Assembly (NCBI RefSeq): GCF_009914755.1
Contig: NC_060943.1
From: the human T2T-CHM13v2.0 reference genome, Homo sapiens
Strand: one strand, 5' to 3'
DNA: 64,000 bases
A model generated the notes under the pieces. It was not told the origin of the DNA. It worked only from the letters and a program-made list of their open reading frames with translations, and made no database searches. The translations under genes were made by a program, and so were the position numbers. Shown here piece by piece: positions 1 to 13,000 of the stretch. Every line of letters begins with the position of its first letter. Within the stretch, counting starts at the first letter, position 1.

Positions 1-63
1 TTTCAGCCGCTTTGAGGTCAATGGTAGAATAGGAAATATCTTCCTATAGAAACTAGACAGAAT

Positions 64-232
64 GATTCTCAGAAACTCCTTTGTGATGTGTGCGTTCAAC
101 TCACACAGTTTAACCTTTCTTTTCATAGAGCAGTTAGGAAACACTCTGTTTGTAAAGTCTGCAAGTGGATATTCAGACCTCCTTGAGGCCTTCGTTGGAA
201 ACGGGATTTCTTCATATTATGCTAGACAGAAG
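64..232 (+). repeat. Representative B-type (CENP-B box, J2-like) alpha-satellite monomer, 169 bp
   Basis: Runs from GATTCTCAG (64) to just before AATTCTCAG (233) and contains CTTCGTTGGAAACGGGA. Confidence 0.85.
190..206 (+). promoter_or_regulatory. CENP-B box (first of 188 box positions, one per 340 bp; ~170 keep all nine essential bases)
   Basis: CTTCGTTGGAAACGGGA is the canonical 17-bp box (core NTTCGNNNNANNCGGGN). Common alleles TTTCGTTGGAAACGGGA, CTTCGTTGGAAGCGGGA and ATTCGTTGGAAACGGGA change only non-essential positions. 18 copies read by eye alter an essential base. Confidence 0.95.
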
Positions 233-403
233 AATTCTCAGTAACTTCCTTGTGTTGTGTGTATTCAACTCACAGAGTTGAACGATCCTTTACACAGAGC
301 AGACTTGAAACACTCTTTTTGTGGAATTTGCAAGTGGAGATTTCAGCCGCTTTGAGTTCAATGGTAGAATAGGAAATATCTTCCTATAGAAACTAGACAG
401 AAT
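233..403 (+). repeat. Representative A-type (J1-like) alpha-satellite monomer, 171 bp
   Basis: Runs from AATTCTCAG (233) to the next GATTCTCAG (404). It has TCAATGGTAGAATAGGAA at the position homologous to the CENP-B box (A-box/pJ-alpha-type position). Confidence 0.85.
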
Positions 404-1421
404 GATTCTCAGAAACTCCTTTGTGATGTGTGCGTTCAACTCACAGAGTTTAACCTTTCTTTTCATAGAGCAGTTAGGAAACACTCTGTTTGTAAAGTCT
501 GCAAGTGGATATTCAGACATCCTTGAGGCTTTCGTTGGAAACGGGATTTCTTCATGTTCTGCTAGACAGAAGAATTCTCAGTAACTGCCTTGTGTTGTGT
601 GTATTCAACTCACAGAGTTGAACGATCCTTTACACAGAGCAGACTTGAAACACTCCTTTTGTGGAATTTGCAAGTGGAGATTTCAGCCGCTTTGAGGTCA
701 ATGGTAGAATAGGAAATATCTTCCTATAGAAACTAGACAGAATGATTCTCAGAAACTCCTTTGTGATGTGTTCGTTCAACTCACAGAGTTTAACCTTTCT
801 TTTCATAGAGCAGTTAGGAAACACTCTGTTTGTAAAGTCTGCAAGTGGATATTCAGACATCCTTGAGGCTTTCGTTGGAAACGGGATTTCTTCATATTCT
901 GCTAGAAAGAAGAATTCTCAGTAACTTCCTTGTGTTGTGTGTATTCAGCTCACAGAGTTGAACGATCCTTTACACAGAGCAGACTTGAAACACTCTTTTT
1001 GTGGAATTTGCAAGTGGAGATTTCAGCCGCTTTGAGGTCAATGGTAGAATAGGAAATATCTTCCTATAGAAACTAGACAGAATGATTCTCAGAAACTCCT
1101 TTGTGATGTGTGCGTTCAACTCACAGAGTTTAACCTTTCTTTTCATAGAGCAGTTAGGAAACAGTCTGTTTGTAAAGTCTGCAAGTGGATATTCAGACCT
1201 CATTGAGGCCTTCGTTGGAAACGGGATTTCTTCATATTATGCTAGACAGAAGAATTCTCAGTAACTTCCTTGTGTTGTGTGTATTCAACTCACAGAGTTG
1301 AACGATCCTTTACACAGAGCAGACTTGAAACACTCTTTTTGTGGAATTTGCAAGTGGAGATTTCAGCCGCTTTGAGGTCAATGGTAGAATAGGAAATATC
1401 TTCCTATAGAAACTAGACAGA

Positions 1422-3797
1422 ATGATTCTCAGAAACTCCTTTGTGATGTGTGCGTTCAACTCACAGAGTTCAACCTTTCTTTTCATAGAGCAGTTGGGAA
1501 ACACTCTGTTTGTAAAGTCTGCAAGTGGATATTCAGACTTCTTTGAGGCCTTCGTTGGAAGCGGGATTTCTTCATATTGTGCTAGACAGAAGAATTCTCA
1601 GTAACTGCCTTGTGTTGTGTGTATTCAACTCACAGAGTTGAACGATCCTTTACACAGAGCAGACTTGAAACACTCTTTTTGTGGAATTTGCAAGTGGAGA
1701 TTTCAGCCGCTTTGAGGTCAATGGTAGAATAGGAAGTATCTTCCTATAGAAACTAGACAGAATGATTCTCAGAAACTCCTTTGTGATGTGTGCGTTCAAC
1801 TCACACAGTTTAACCTTTCTTTTCATAGAGCAGTTAGGAAACACTCTGTAAAGTCTGCAAGTGGATATTCAGACCTCCTTGAGGCCTTCGTTGGAAACGG
1901 GATTTCTTCATATTATGCTAGACAGAAGAATTCTCAGTAACTTCCTTGTGTTGTGTGTATTCAACTCACAGAGTTGAACGATCCTTTACACAGAGCAGAC
2001 TTGAAACACTCTTTTTGTGGAATATGCAAGTGGAGATTTCAGCCGCTTTGAGGTCAATGGTAGAATAGGAAATATCTTCCTATAGAAACTAGACAGAATG
2101 ATTCTCAGAAACTCCTTTGTGATGTGTGCGTTCAACTCACGGAGTTCAACCTTTCTTTTCATAGAGCAGTTGGGAAACACTCTGTTTGTAAAGTCTGCAA
2201 GTGGATATTCAGACTTCTTTGAGGCCTTCGTTGGAAGCGGGATTTCTTCATATTCTGCTAGACAGAAGAATTCTCAGTAACTGCCTTGTGTTGTGTGTAT
2301 TCAACTCACAGAGTTGAACGATCCTTTACACAGAGCAGACTTGAAACACTCTTTTTGTGGAATTTGCAAGTGGAGATTTCAGCCGCTTTGAGGTCAATGG
2401 TAGAATAGGAAATATCTTCCTATAGAAACTAGACAGAATGATTCTCAGAAACTCCTTTGTGATGTGTGCGTTCAACTCACACAGTTTAACCTTTCTTTTC
2501 ATAGAGCAGTTAGGAAACACTCTGTTTGTAAAGTCTGCAAGTGGATATTCAGACCTCCTTGAGGCCTTCGTTGGAAACGGGATTTCTTCATATTATGCTA
2601 GACAGAAGAATTCTCAGTAACTTCCTTGTGTTGTGTGTATTCAACTCACAGAGTTGAACGATCCTTTACACAGAGCAGACTTGAAACACTCTTTTTGTGG
2701 AATTTGCAAGTGGAGATTTCAGCCGCTTTGAGGTCAATGGTAGAATAGGAAATATCTTCCTATAGAAACTAGACAGAATGATTCTCAGAAACTCCTTTGT
2801 GATGTGTGCGTTCAACTCACAGAGTTCAACCTTTCTTTTCATAGAGCAGTTGGGAAACACTCTGTTTGTAAAGTCTGCAAGTGGATATTCAGACTTCTTT
2901 GAGGCCTTCGTTGGAAGCGGGATTTCTTCATATTCTGCTAGACAGAAGAATTCTCAGTAACTGCCTTGTGTTGTGTGTATTCAACTCACAGAGTTGAACG
3001 ATCCTTTACACAGAGCAGACTTGAAACACTCTTTTTGTGGAATTTGCAAGTGGAGATTTCAGCCGCTTTGAGGTCAATGGTAGAATAGGAAATATCTTCC
3101 TATAGAAACTAGACAGAATGATTCTCAGAAACTCCTTTGTGATGTGTGCGTTCAACTCACACAGTTTAACCTTTCTTTTCATAGAGCAGTTAGGAAACAC
3201 TCTGTTTGTAAAGTCTGCAAGTGGATATTCAGACCTCCTTGAGGCCTTCGTTGGAAACGGGATTTCTTCATATTATGCTAGACAGAAGAATTCTCAGTAA
3301 CTTCCTTGTGTTGTGTGTATTCAACTCACAGAGTTGAACGATCCTTTACACAGAGCAGACTTGAAACACTCTTTTTGTGGAATTTGCAAGTGGAGATTTC
3401 AGCCGCTTTGAGTTCAATGGTAGAATAGGAAATATCTTCCTATAGAAACTAGACAGAATGATTCTCAGAAACTCCTTTGTGATGTGTGCGTTCAACTCAC
3501 AGAGTTCAACCTTTCTTTTCATAGAGCAGTTGGGAAACACTCTGTTTGTAAAGTCTGCAAGTGGATATTCAGACTTCTTTGAGGCCTTCGTTGGAAGCGG
3601 GATTTCTTCATATTCTGCTAGACAGAAGAATTCTCAGAAACTTCCTTGTGTTGTGTGTTTTCAACTCACAGAGATGAACGATCCTTTACACAGAGCAGAC
3701 TTGAAACACTCCTTTTGTGGAATTTGCAAGTGGAGATTTCAGCCGCTTTGAGGTCAATGGTAGAATAGGAAATATCTTCCTATAGAAAGTAGACAGA
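1422..3797 (+). repeat. Local 680-bp (4-monomer) alternation of two dimer haplotypes
   Basis: Dimers with GACTTCTTTGAGG...GAAGCGGG (1422, 2098, 2778, 3458) alternate with dimers carrying CACACAG...GACCTCCTT...TATTATG (1762, 2438, 3118). Confidence 0.8.
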
Positions 3798-4079
3798 ATG
3801 ATTCTCAGAAACTCCTTTGTGATGTGTGCGTTCAACTCACAGAGTTTAACCTTTCTTTTCATAGAGCAGTTAGGAAACACTCTGTTTGTAAAGTCTGCAA
3901 GTGGATATTCAGACATCCTTGAGGCTTTCGTTGGAAACGGGATTTCTTCATATTCTGCTAGAAAGAAGAATTCTCAGTAACTTCCTTGTGTTGTGTGTAT
4001 TCAACTCACAGAGTTGAACGATCCTTTACACAGAGCAGACTTGAAACACTCTTTTTGTGGAATTTGCAAGTGGAGATTT

Positions 4080-7000
4080 CAGCCGCTTTGAGGTCAACGG
4101 TAGAATAGGAAATATCTTCCTATAGAAACTAGACAGAATGATTCTCAGAAACTCCTTTGTGATGTGTGCGTTCAACTCACAGAGTTTAACCTTTCTTTTC
4201 ATAGAGCAGTTGGGAAACACTTTGTTTGTAATGTCTGCAAGTGGATATTCAGACATCCTTGAGGCTTTCGTTGGAAACGGGATTTCTTCATATTCTGCTA
4301 GAAAGAAGAATTCTCAGTAACTTCCTTGTGTTGTGTGTATTCAACTCACAGAGTTGCACGATCCTTTACACAGAGCAGACTTGAAACACTCTTTTTGTGG
4401 AATTTGCAAGTGGAGATTTCAGCCGCTTTGAGTTCAATGGTAGAATAGGAAATATCTTCCTATAGAAACTAGACAGAATGATTCTCAGAAACTCCTTTGT
4501 GATGTGTGCGTTCAACTCACAGAGTTCAACCTTTCTTTTCATAGAGCAGTTGGGAAACACTCTGTTTGTAAAGTCTGCAAGTGGATATTCAGACTTCTTT
4601 GAGGCCTTCGTTGGAAGCGGGATTTCTTCATGTTCTGCTAGACAGAAGAATTCTCAGAAACTTCCTTGTGTTGTGTGTTTTCAACTCACAGAGTTGAACG
4701 ATCCTTTACACAGAGCAGACTTGAAACACTCCTTTTGTGGAATTTGCAAGTGGAGATTTCAGCCGCTTTGAGGTCAATGGTAGAATAGGAAATATCTTCC
4801 TATAGAAAGTAGACAGAATGATTCTCAGAAACTCCTTTGTGATGTGTGCGTTCAACTCACAGAGTTTAACCTTTCTTTTCATAGAGCAGTTAGGAAACAC
4901 TCTGTTTGTAAAGTCTGCAAGTGGATATTCAGACCTCCTTGAGGCCTTCGTTGGAAGCGGGATTTCTTCATGTTCAGGTAGACAGAAGAATTCTCAGAAA
5001 CTTCCTTGTGTTGTGTGTTTTCAACTCACAGAGTTGAACGATCCTTTACACAGAGCAGACTTGAAACACTCCTTTTGTGGAATTTGCAAGTGGAGATTTC
5101 AGCCGCTTTGAGGTCAATGGTAGAATAGGAAATATCTTCCTATAGAAACTAGACAGAATGATTCTGAGAAATCCTTTGTGATGTGTGCGTTCAACTCACA
5201 GAGTTTAACCTTTCTTTTCATAGAGCAGTTAGGAAACACTCTGTTTTTAAAGTCTTCAAGTGGATATTCAGACCTCCTTGAGGCCTTCGTTGGAAACGGG
5301 ATTTCTTCATATTATGCTAGACAGAGGAATTCTCAGGAACTTCCTTGTGTTGTGTGTATTCAACTCACAGAGTTGAACGATCCTTTACACAGAGCAGACT
5401 TGAAACACTCTTTTTGTGGAATTTGCAAGTGGAGATTTCAGCCGCTTTGAGTTCAATGGTAGAATAGGAAATATCTTCCTATAGAAACTAGACAGAATGA
5501 TTCTCAGAAACTGCTTTGTGATGTGTGCGTTCAACTCACAGAGTTCAACCTTTCTTTTCATAGAGCAGTTGGGAAACACTCTGTTTGTAAAGTCTGCAAG
5601 TGGATATTCAGACTTCTTTGAGGCCTTCGTTGGAAGCGGGATTTCTTCATATTCTGCTAGACAGAAGAATTCTCAGTAACTTCCTTGTGTTGTGTGTATT
5701 CAACTCACAGAGTTGAACGATCCTTTACACAGAGCAGACTTGAAACACTCTTTTTGTGGAATTTGCAAGTGGAGATTTCAGCCGCTTTGAGTTCAATGGT
5801 AGAATAGGAAATATCTTCCTATAGAAACTAGACAGAATGATTCTCAGAAACTCCTTTGTGATGTGTGCGTTCAACTCACAGAGTTCAACCTTTCTTTTCA
5901 TAGAGCAGTTGGGAAACACTCTGTTTGTAAAGTCTGCAAGTGGATATTCAGACTTCTTTGAGGCCTTCGTTGGAAGCGGGATTTCTTCATGTTCTAGACA
6001 GAAGAATTCTCAGAAACTTCCTTGTGTTGTGTGTTTTCAACTCACAGAGTTGAACGATCCTTTACACAGAGCAGACTTGAAACACTCCTTTTGTGGAATT
6101 TGCAAGTGGAGATTTCAGCCGCTTTGAGGTCAATGGTAGAATAGGAAATATCTTCCTATAGAAAGTAGACAGAATGATTCTCAGAAACTCCTTTGTGATG
6201 TGTGCGTTCAACTCACAGAGTTTAACCTTTCTTTTCATAGAGCAGTTAGGAAACACTCTGTTTGTAAAGTCTGCAAGTGGATATTCAGACCTCCTTGAGG
6301 CCTTCGTTGGAAACAGGATTTCTTCATATTCTGCTAGACAGAAGAATTCTCAGTAACTTCCTTGTGTTGTGTGTATTCAACTCACAGAGTTGAACGATCC
6401 TTTACACAGAGCAGACTTGAAACACTCCTTTTGTGGAATTTGCAAGTGGAGATTTCAGCCGCTTTGAGTTCAATGGTAGAATAGGAAATATCTTCCTATA
6501 GAAACTAGACAGAATGATTCTCAGAAACTCCTTTGTGATGTGTGCGTTCAACTCACAGAGTTTAACCTTTCTTTTCATAGAGCAGTTGGGAAACACTCTG
6601 TTTGTAAAGTCTGCAAGTGGATATTCAGACTTCTTTGAGGCCTTCGTTGGAAGCGGGATTTCTTCATATTCTGCTAGACAGAAGAATTCTCAGTAACTGC
6701 CTTGTGTTGTGTGTATTCAACTCACAGAGTTGAACGATCCTTTACACAGAGCAGACTTGAAACACTCTTTTTGTGGAATTTGCAAGTGGAGATTTCAGCC
6801 GCTTTGAGGTCAATGGTAGAATAGGAAATATCTTCCTATAGAAACTAGACAGAATGATTCTCAGAAACTCCTTTGTGATGTGTGCGTTCAACTCACAGAG
6901 TTCAACGTTTCTTTTCATAGAGCAGTTGGGAAACACTCTGTTTGTAAAGTCTGCAAGTGGATATTCAGACTTCTTTGAGGCCTTCGTTGGAAGCGGGATT

Positions 7001-10000
7001 TCTTCATATTCTGCTAGACAGAAGAATTCTTAGTAACTGCCTTGTGTTGTGTGTATTCAACTCACAGAGTTGAACGATCCTTTACACAGAGCAGACTTGA
7101 AACACTCTTTTTGTGGAATTTGCAAGTGGAGATTTCAGCCGCTTTGAGGTCAATGGTAGAATAGGAAATATCTTCCTATAGAAACTAGACAGAATGATTC
7201 TCAGAAACTCCTTTGTGATGTGTGCGTTCAACTCACAGAGTTTAACCTTTCTTTTCATAGAGCAGTTAGGAAACACTCTGTTTGTAAAGTCTGCAAGTGG
7301 ATATTCAGACATCCTTGAGGCTTTCGTTGGAAACGGGATTTCTTCATATTCTGCTAGAAAGAAGAATTCTCAGTAACTTCCTTGTGTTGTGTGTATTCAA
7401 CTCACAGAGTTGAACGATCCTTTACACAGAGCAGACTTGAAACACTCTTTTTGTGGAATTTGCAAGTGGAGATTTCAGCCGCTTTGAGGTCAATGGTAGA
7501 ATAGGAAATATCTTCCTATAGAAAGTAGACAGAATGATTCTCAGAAACTCCTTTGTGATGTGTGCGTTCAACTCACAGAGTTTAACCTTTCTTTTCATAG
7601 AGCAGTTAGGAAACACTCTGTTTGTAAAGTCTGCAAGTGGATATTCAGACCTCCTTGAGGCCTTCGTTGGAAGCGGGATTTCTTCATGTTCAGGTAGACA
7701 GAAGAATTCTCAGAAACTTCCTTGTGTTGTGTGTTTTCAACTCACAGAGTTGAACGATCCTTTACACAGAGCAGACTTGAAACACTCCTTTTGTGGAATT
7801 TGCAAGTGGAGATTTCAGCCGCTTTGAGGTCAATGGTAGAATAGGAAATATCTTCCTATAGAAACTAGACAGAATGATTCTGAGAAATCCTTTGTGATGT
7901 GTGCGTTCAACTCACAGAGTTTAACCTTTCTTTTCATAGAGCAGTTAGGAAACACTCTGTTTTTAAAGTCTTCAAGTGGATATTCAGACCTCCTTGAGGC
8001 CTTCGTTGGAAACGGGATTTCTTCATATTATGCTAGACAGAGGAATTCTCAGGAACTTCCTTGTGTTGTGTGTATTCAACTCACAGAGTTGAACGATCCT
8101 TTACACAGAGCAGACTTGAAACACTCTTTTTGTGGAATTTGCAAGTGGAGATTTCAGCCGCTTTGAGTTCAATGGTAGAATAGGAAATATCTTCCTATAG
8201 AAAGTACACAGAATGATTCTCAGAAACTGCTTTGTGATGTGTGCGTTCAACTCACAGAGTTCAACCTTTCTTTTCATAGAGCAGTTGGGAAACACTCTGT
8301 TTGTAAAGTCTGCAAGTGGATATTCAGACTTCTTTGAGGCCTTCGTTGGAAGCGGGATTTCTTCATATTCTGCTAGACAGAAGAATTCTCAGTAACTTCC
8401 TTGTGTTGTGTGTATTCAACTCACAGAGTTGAACGATCCTTTACACAGAGCAGACTTGAAATACTCTTTTTGTGGAATTTGCAAGTGGAGATTTCAGCCG
8501 CTTTGAGTTCAATGGTAGAATAGGAAATATCTTCCTATAGAAACTAGACAGAATGATTCTCAGAAACTCCTTTGTGATGTGTGCGTTCAACTCACAGAGT
8601 TCAACCTTTCTTTTCATAGAGCAGTTGGGAAACACTCTGTTTGTAAAGTCTGCAAGTGGATATTCAGACTTCTTTGAGGCCTTCGTTGGAAGCGGGATTT
8701 CTTCATGTTCTAGACAGAAGAATTCTCAGAAACTTCCTTGTGTTGTGTGTTTTCAACTCACAGAGTTGAACGATCCTTTACACAGAGCAGACTTGAAACA
8801 CTCCTTTTGTGGAATTTGCAAGTGGAGATTTCAGCCGCTTTGAGGTCAATGGTAGAATAGGAAATATCTTCCTATAGAAAGTAGACAGAATGATTCTCAG
8901 AAACTCCTTTGTGATGTGTGCGTTCAACTCACAGAGTTTAACCTTTCTTTTCATAGAGCAGTTAGGAAACACTCTGTTTGTAAAGTCTGCAAGTGGATAT
9001 TCAGACCTCCTTGAGGCCTTCGTTGGAAACAGGATTTCTTCATATTCTGCTAGACAGAAGAATTCTCAGTAACTTCCTTGTGTTGTGTGTATTCAACTCA
9101 CAGAGTTGAACGATCCTTTACACAGAGCAGACTTGAAACACTCCTTTTGTGGAATTTGCAAGTGGAGATTTCAGCCGCTTTGAGTTCAATGGTAGAATAG
9201 GAAATATCTTCCTATAGAAACTAGACAGAATGATTCTCAGAAACTCCTTTGTGATGTGTGCGTTCAACTCACAGAGTTTAACCTTTCTTTTCATAGAGCA
9301 GTTGGGAAACACTCTGTTTGTAAAGTCTGCAAGTGGATATTCAGACTTCTTTGAGGCCTTCGTTGGAAGCGGGATTTCTTCATATTCTGCTAGACAGAAG
9401 AATTCTCAGTAACTGCCTTGTGTTGTGTGTATTCAACTCACAGAGTTGAACGATCCTTTACACAGAGCAGACTTGAAACACTCTTTTTGTGGAATTTGCA
9501 AGTGGAGATTTCAGCCGCTTTGAGGTCAATGGTAGAATAGGAAATATCTTCCTATAGAAACTAGACAGAATGATTCTCAGAAACTCCTTTGTGATGTGTG
9601 CGTTCAACTCACAGAGTTCAACCTTTCTTTTCATAGAGCAGTTGGGAAACACTCTGTTTGTAAAGTCTGCAAGTGGATATTCAGACTTCTTTGAGGCCTT
9701 CGTTGGAAGCGGGATTTCTTCATATTCTGCTAGACAGAAGAATTCTCAGTAACTGCCTTGTGTTGTGTGTATTCAACTCACAGAGTTGAACGATCCTTTA
9801 CACAGAGCAGACTTGAAACACTCTTTTTGTGGAATTTGCAAGTGGAGATTTCAGCCGCTTTGAGGTCAATGGTAGAATAGGAAATATCTTCCTATAGAAA
9901 CTAGACAGAATGATTCTCAGAAACTCCTTTGTGATGTGTGCGTTCAACTCACAGAGTTTAACCTTTCTTTTCATAGAGCAGTTAGGAAACACTCTGTTTG

Positions 10001-13000
10001 TAATGTCTGCAAGTGGATATTCAGACATCCTTGAGGCTTTCGTTGGAAACGGGATTTCTTCATATTCTGCTAGAAAGAAGAATTCTCAGTAACTTCCTTG
10101 TGTTGTGTGTATTCAACTCACAGAGTTGAACGATCCTTTACACAGAGCAGACTTGAAACACTCTTTTTGTGGAATTTGCAAGTGGAGATTTCAGCCGCTT
10201 TGAGGTCAATGGTAGAATAGGAAATATCTTCCTATAGAAAGTAGACAGAATGATTCTCAGAAACTCCTTTGTGATGTGTGCGTTCAACTCACAGAGTTTA
10301 ACCTTTCTTTTCATAGAGCAGTTAGGAAACACTCTGTTTGTAAAGTCTGCAATTGGATATTCAGACCTCCTTGAGGCCTTCGTTGGAAACGGGATTTCTT
10401 CATATTATGCTAGACAGAAGAATTCTCAGTAACTTCCTTGTGTTGTGTGTATTCAACTCACAGAGTTGAACGATCCTTTACACAGAGCAGACTTGAAACA
10501 CTCTTTTTGTGGAATTTGCAAGTGGAGATTTCAGCCGCTTTGAGGTCAATGGTAGAATAGGAAATATCTTCCTATAGAAACTAGACAGAATGATTCTCAG
10601 AAACTCCTTTGTGATGTGTGCGTTCAACTCACACAGTTTAACCTTTCTTTTCATAGAGCAGTTAGGAAACACTCTGTTTGTAAAGTCTGCAAGTGGATAT
10701 TCAGACCTCCTTGAGGCATTCGTTGGAAACGGGATTTCTACATATTATGCTAGACAGAAGAATTCTCAGTAACTTCCTTGTGTTGTGTGTATTCAACTCA
10801 CAGAGTTGAACGATCCTTTACACAGAGCAGACTTGAAACACTCTTTTTGTGGATTTTGCAAGTGGAGATTTCAGCCGCTTTGAGTTCAATGGTAGAATAG
10901 GAAATATCTTCCTATAGAAACTAGACAGAATGATTCTCAGAAACTCCTTTGTGATGTGTGCGTTCAACTCACAGAGTTCAAACTTTCTTTTCATAGAGCA
11001 GTTGGGAAACACTCTGTTTGTAAAGTCTGCAAGTGGATATTCAGACTTCTTTGAGGCCTTCGTTGGAAGCGGGATTTCTTCATGTTCAGCTAGACAGAAG
11101 AATTCTCAGAAACTTCCTTGTGTTGTGTGTTTTCAACTCACAGAGTTGAACGATCCTTTACACAGAGCAGACTTGAAACACTCCTTTTGTGGAATTTGCA
11201 AGTGGAGATTTCAGCCGCTTTGAGGTCAATGGTAGAATAGGAAATATCTTCCTATAGAAACTAGACAGAATGATTCTCAGAAACTCCTTTGTGATGTGTG
11301 CGTTCAACTCACAGAGTTTAACCTTTCTTTTCATAGAGCAGTTAGGAAACACTCTGTTTGTAAAGTCTGCAAGTGGATATTCAGACATCCTTGAGGCTTT
11401 CGTTGGAAACGGGATTTCTTCATATTCTGCTAGAAAGAAGAATTCTCAGTAACTTCCTTGTGTTGTGTGTATTCAACTCACAGAGTTGAACGATCCTTTA
11501 CACAGAGCAGACTTGAAACACTCTTTTTGTGGAATTTGCAAGTGGAGATTTCAGCCGCTTTGAGTTCAATGGTAGAATAGGAAATATCTTCCTATAGAAA
11601 CTAGACAGAATGATTCTCAGAAACTCCTTTGTGATGTGTGCGTTCAACTCACAGAGTTTAACCTTTCTTTTCATAGAGCAGTTGGGAAACACTCTGTTTG
11701 TAAAGTCTGCAAGTGGATATTCAGACATCCTTGAGGCTTTCGTTGGAAACGGGATTTCTTCATATTCTGCTAGAAAGAAGAATTCTCAGTAACTTCCTTG
11801 TGTTGTGTGTATTCAACTCACAGAGTTGAACGATCCTTTACACAGAGCAGACTTGAAACACTCTTTTTGTGGAATTTGCAAGTGGAGATTTCAGCCGCTT
11901 TGAGGTCAATGGTAGAATAGGAAATATCTTCCTATAGAAACTAGACAGAATGATTCTCAGAAACTCCTTTGTGATGTGTGCGTTCAACTCACAGAGTTCA
12001 ACCTTTCTTTTCATAGAGCAGTTGGGAAACACTCTGTTTGTAAAGTCTGCAAGTGGATATTCAGACTTCTTTGAGGCCTTCGTTGGAAGCGGGATTTCTT
12101 CATATTCTGCTAGACAGAAGAATTCTCAGTAACTGCCTTGTGTTGTGTGTATTCAACTCACAGAGTTGAACGATCCTTTACACAGAGCAGACTTGAAACA
12201 CTCTTTTTGTGGAATTTGCAAGTGGAGATTTCAGCCGCTTTGAGGTCAATGGTAGAATAGGAAATATCTTCCTATAGAAACTAAACAGAATGATTCTCAG
12301 AAACTCCTTTGTGATGTGTGCGTTCAACTCACAGAGTTTAACCTTTCTTTTCATAGAGCAGTTAGGAAACACTCTGTTTGTAAAGTCTGCAAGTGGATAT
12401 TCAGACCTCCTTGAGGCCTTCGTTGGAAACGGGATTTCTTCATATTATGCTAGACAGAAGAATTCTCAGTAACTTCCTTGTGTTGTGTGTATTCAACTCA
12501 CAGAGTTGAACGATCCTTTACACAGAGCAGACTTGAAACACTCTTTTTGTGGAATTTGCAAGTGGAGATTTCAGCCGCTTTGAGGTCAATGGTAGAATAG
12601 GAAATATCTTCCTATAGAAACTAGACAGAATGATTCTCAGAAACTCCTTTGTGATGTGTGCGTTCAACTCACACAGTTTAACCTTTCTTTTCATAGAGCA
12701 GTTAGGAAACACTCTGTTTGTAAAGTCTGCAAGTGGATATTCAGACCTCCTTGAGGCATTCGTTGGAAACGGGATTTCTACATATTATGCTAGACAGAAG
12801 AATTCTCAGTAACTTCCTTGTGTTGTGTGTATTCAACTCACAGAGTTGAACGATCCTTTACACAGAGCAGACTTGAAACACTCTTTTTGTGGATTTTGCA
12901 AGTGGAGATTTCAGCCGCTTTGAGTTCAATGGTAGAATAGGAAATATCTTCCTATAGAAACTAGACAGAATGATTCTCAGAAACTCCTTTGTGATGTGTG

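Noticed and set aside
40-60. TATA-like CCTATAGAAA as a promoter
   Set aside because: It is a weak match inherent to an AT-rich repeat, and the sequence gives no evidence for transcription initiation.
1550-1566. CTTCGTTGGAAGCGGGA and TTTCG.../ATTCG... alleles as defective CENP-B boxes
   Set aside because: The changes fall at non-essential positions of the NTTCGNNNNANNCGGGN core, so they are predicted to bind.
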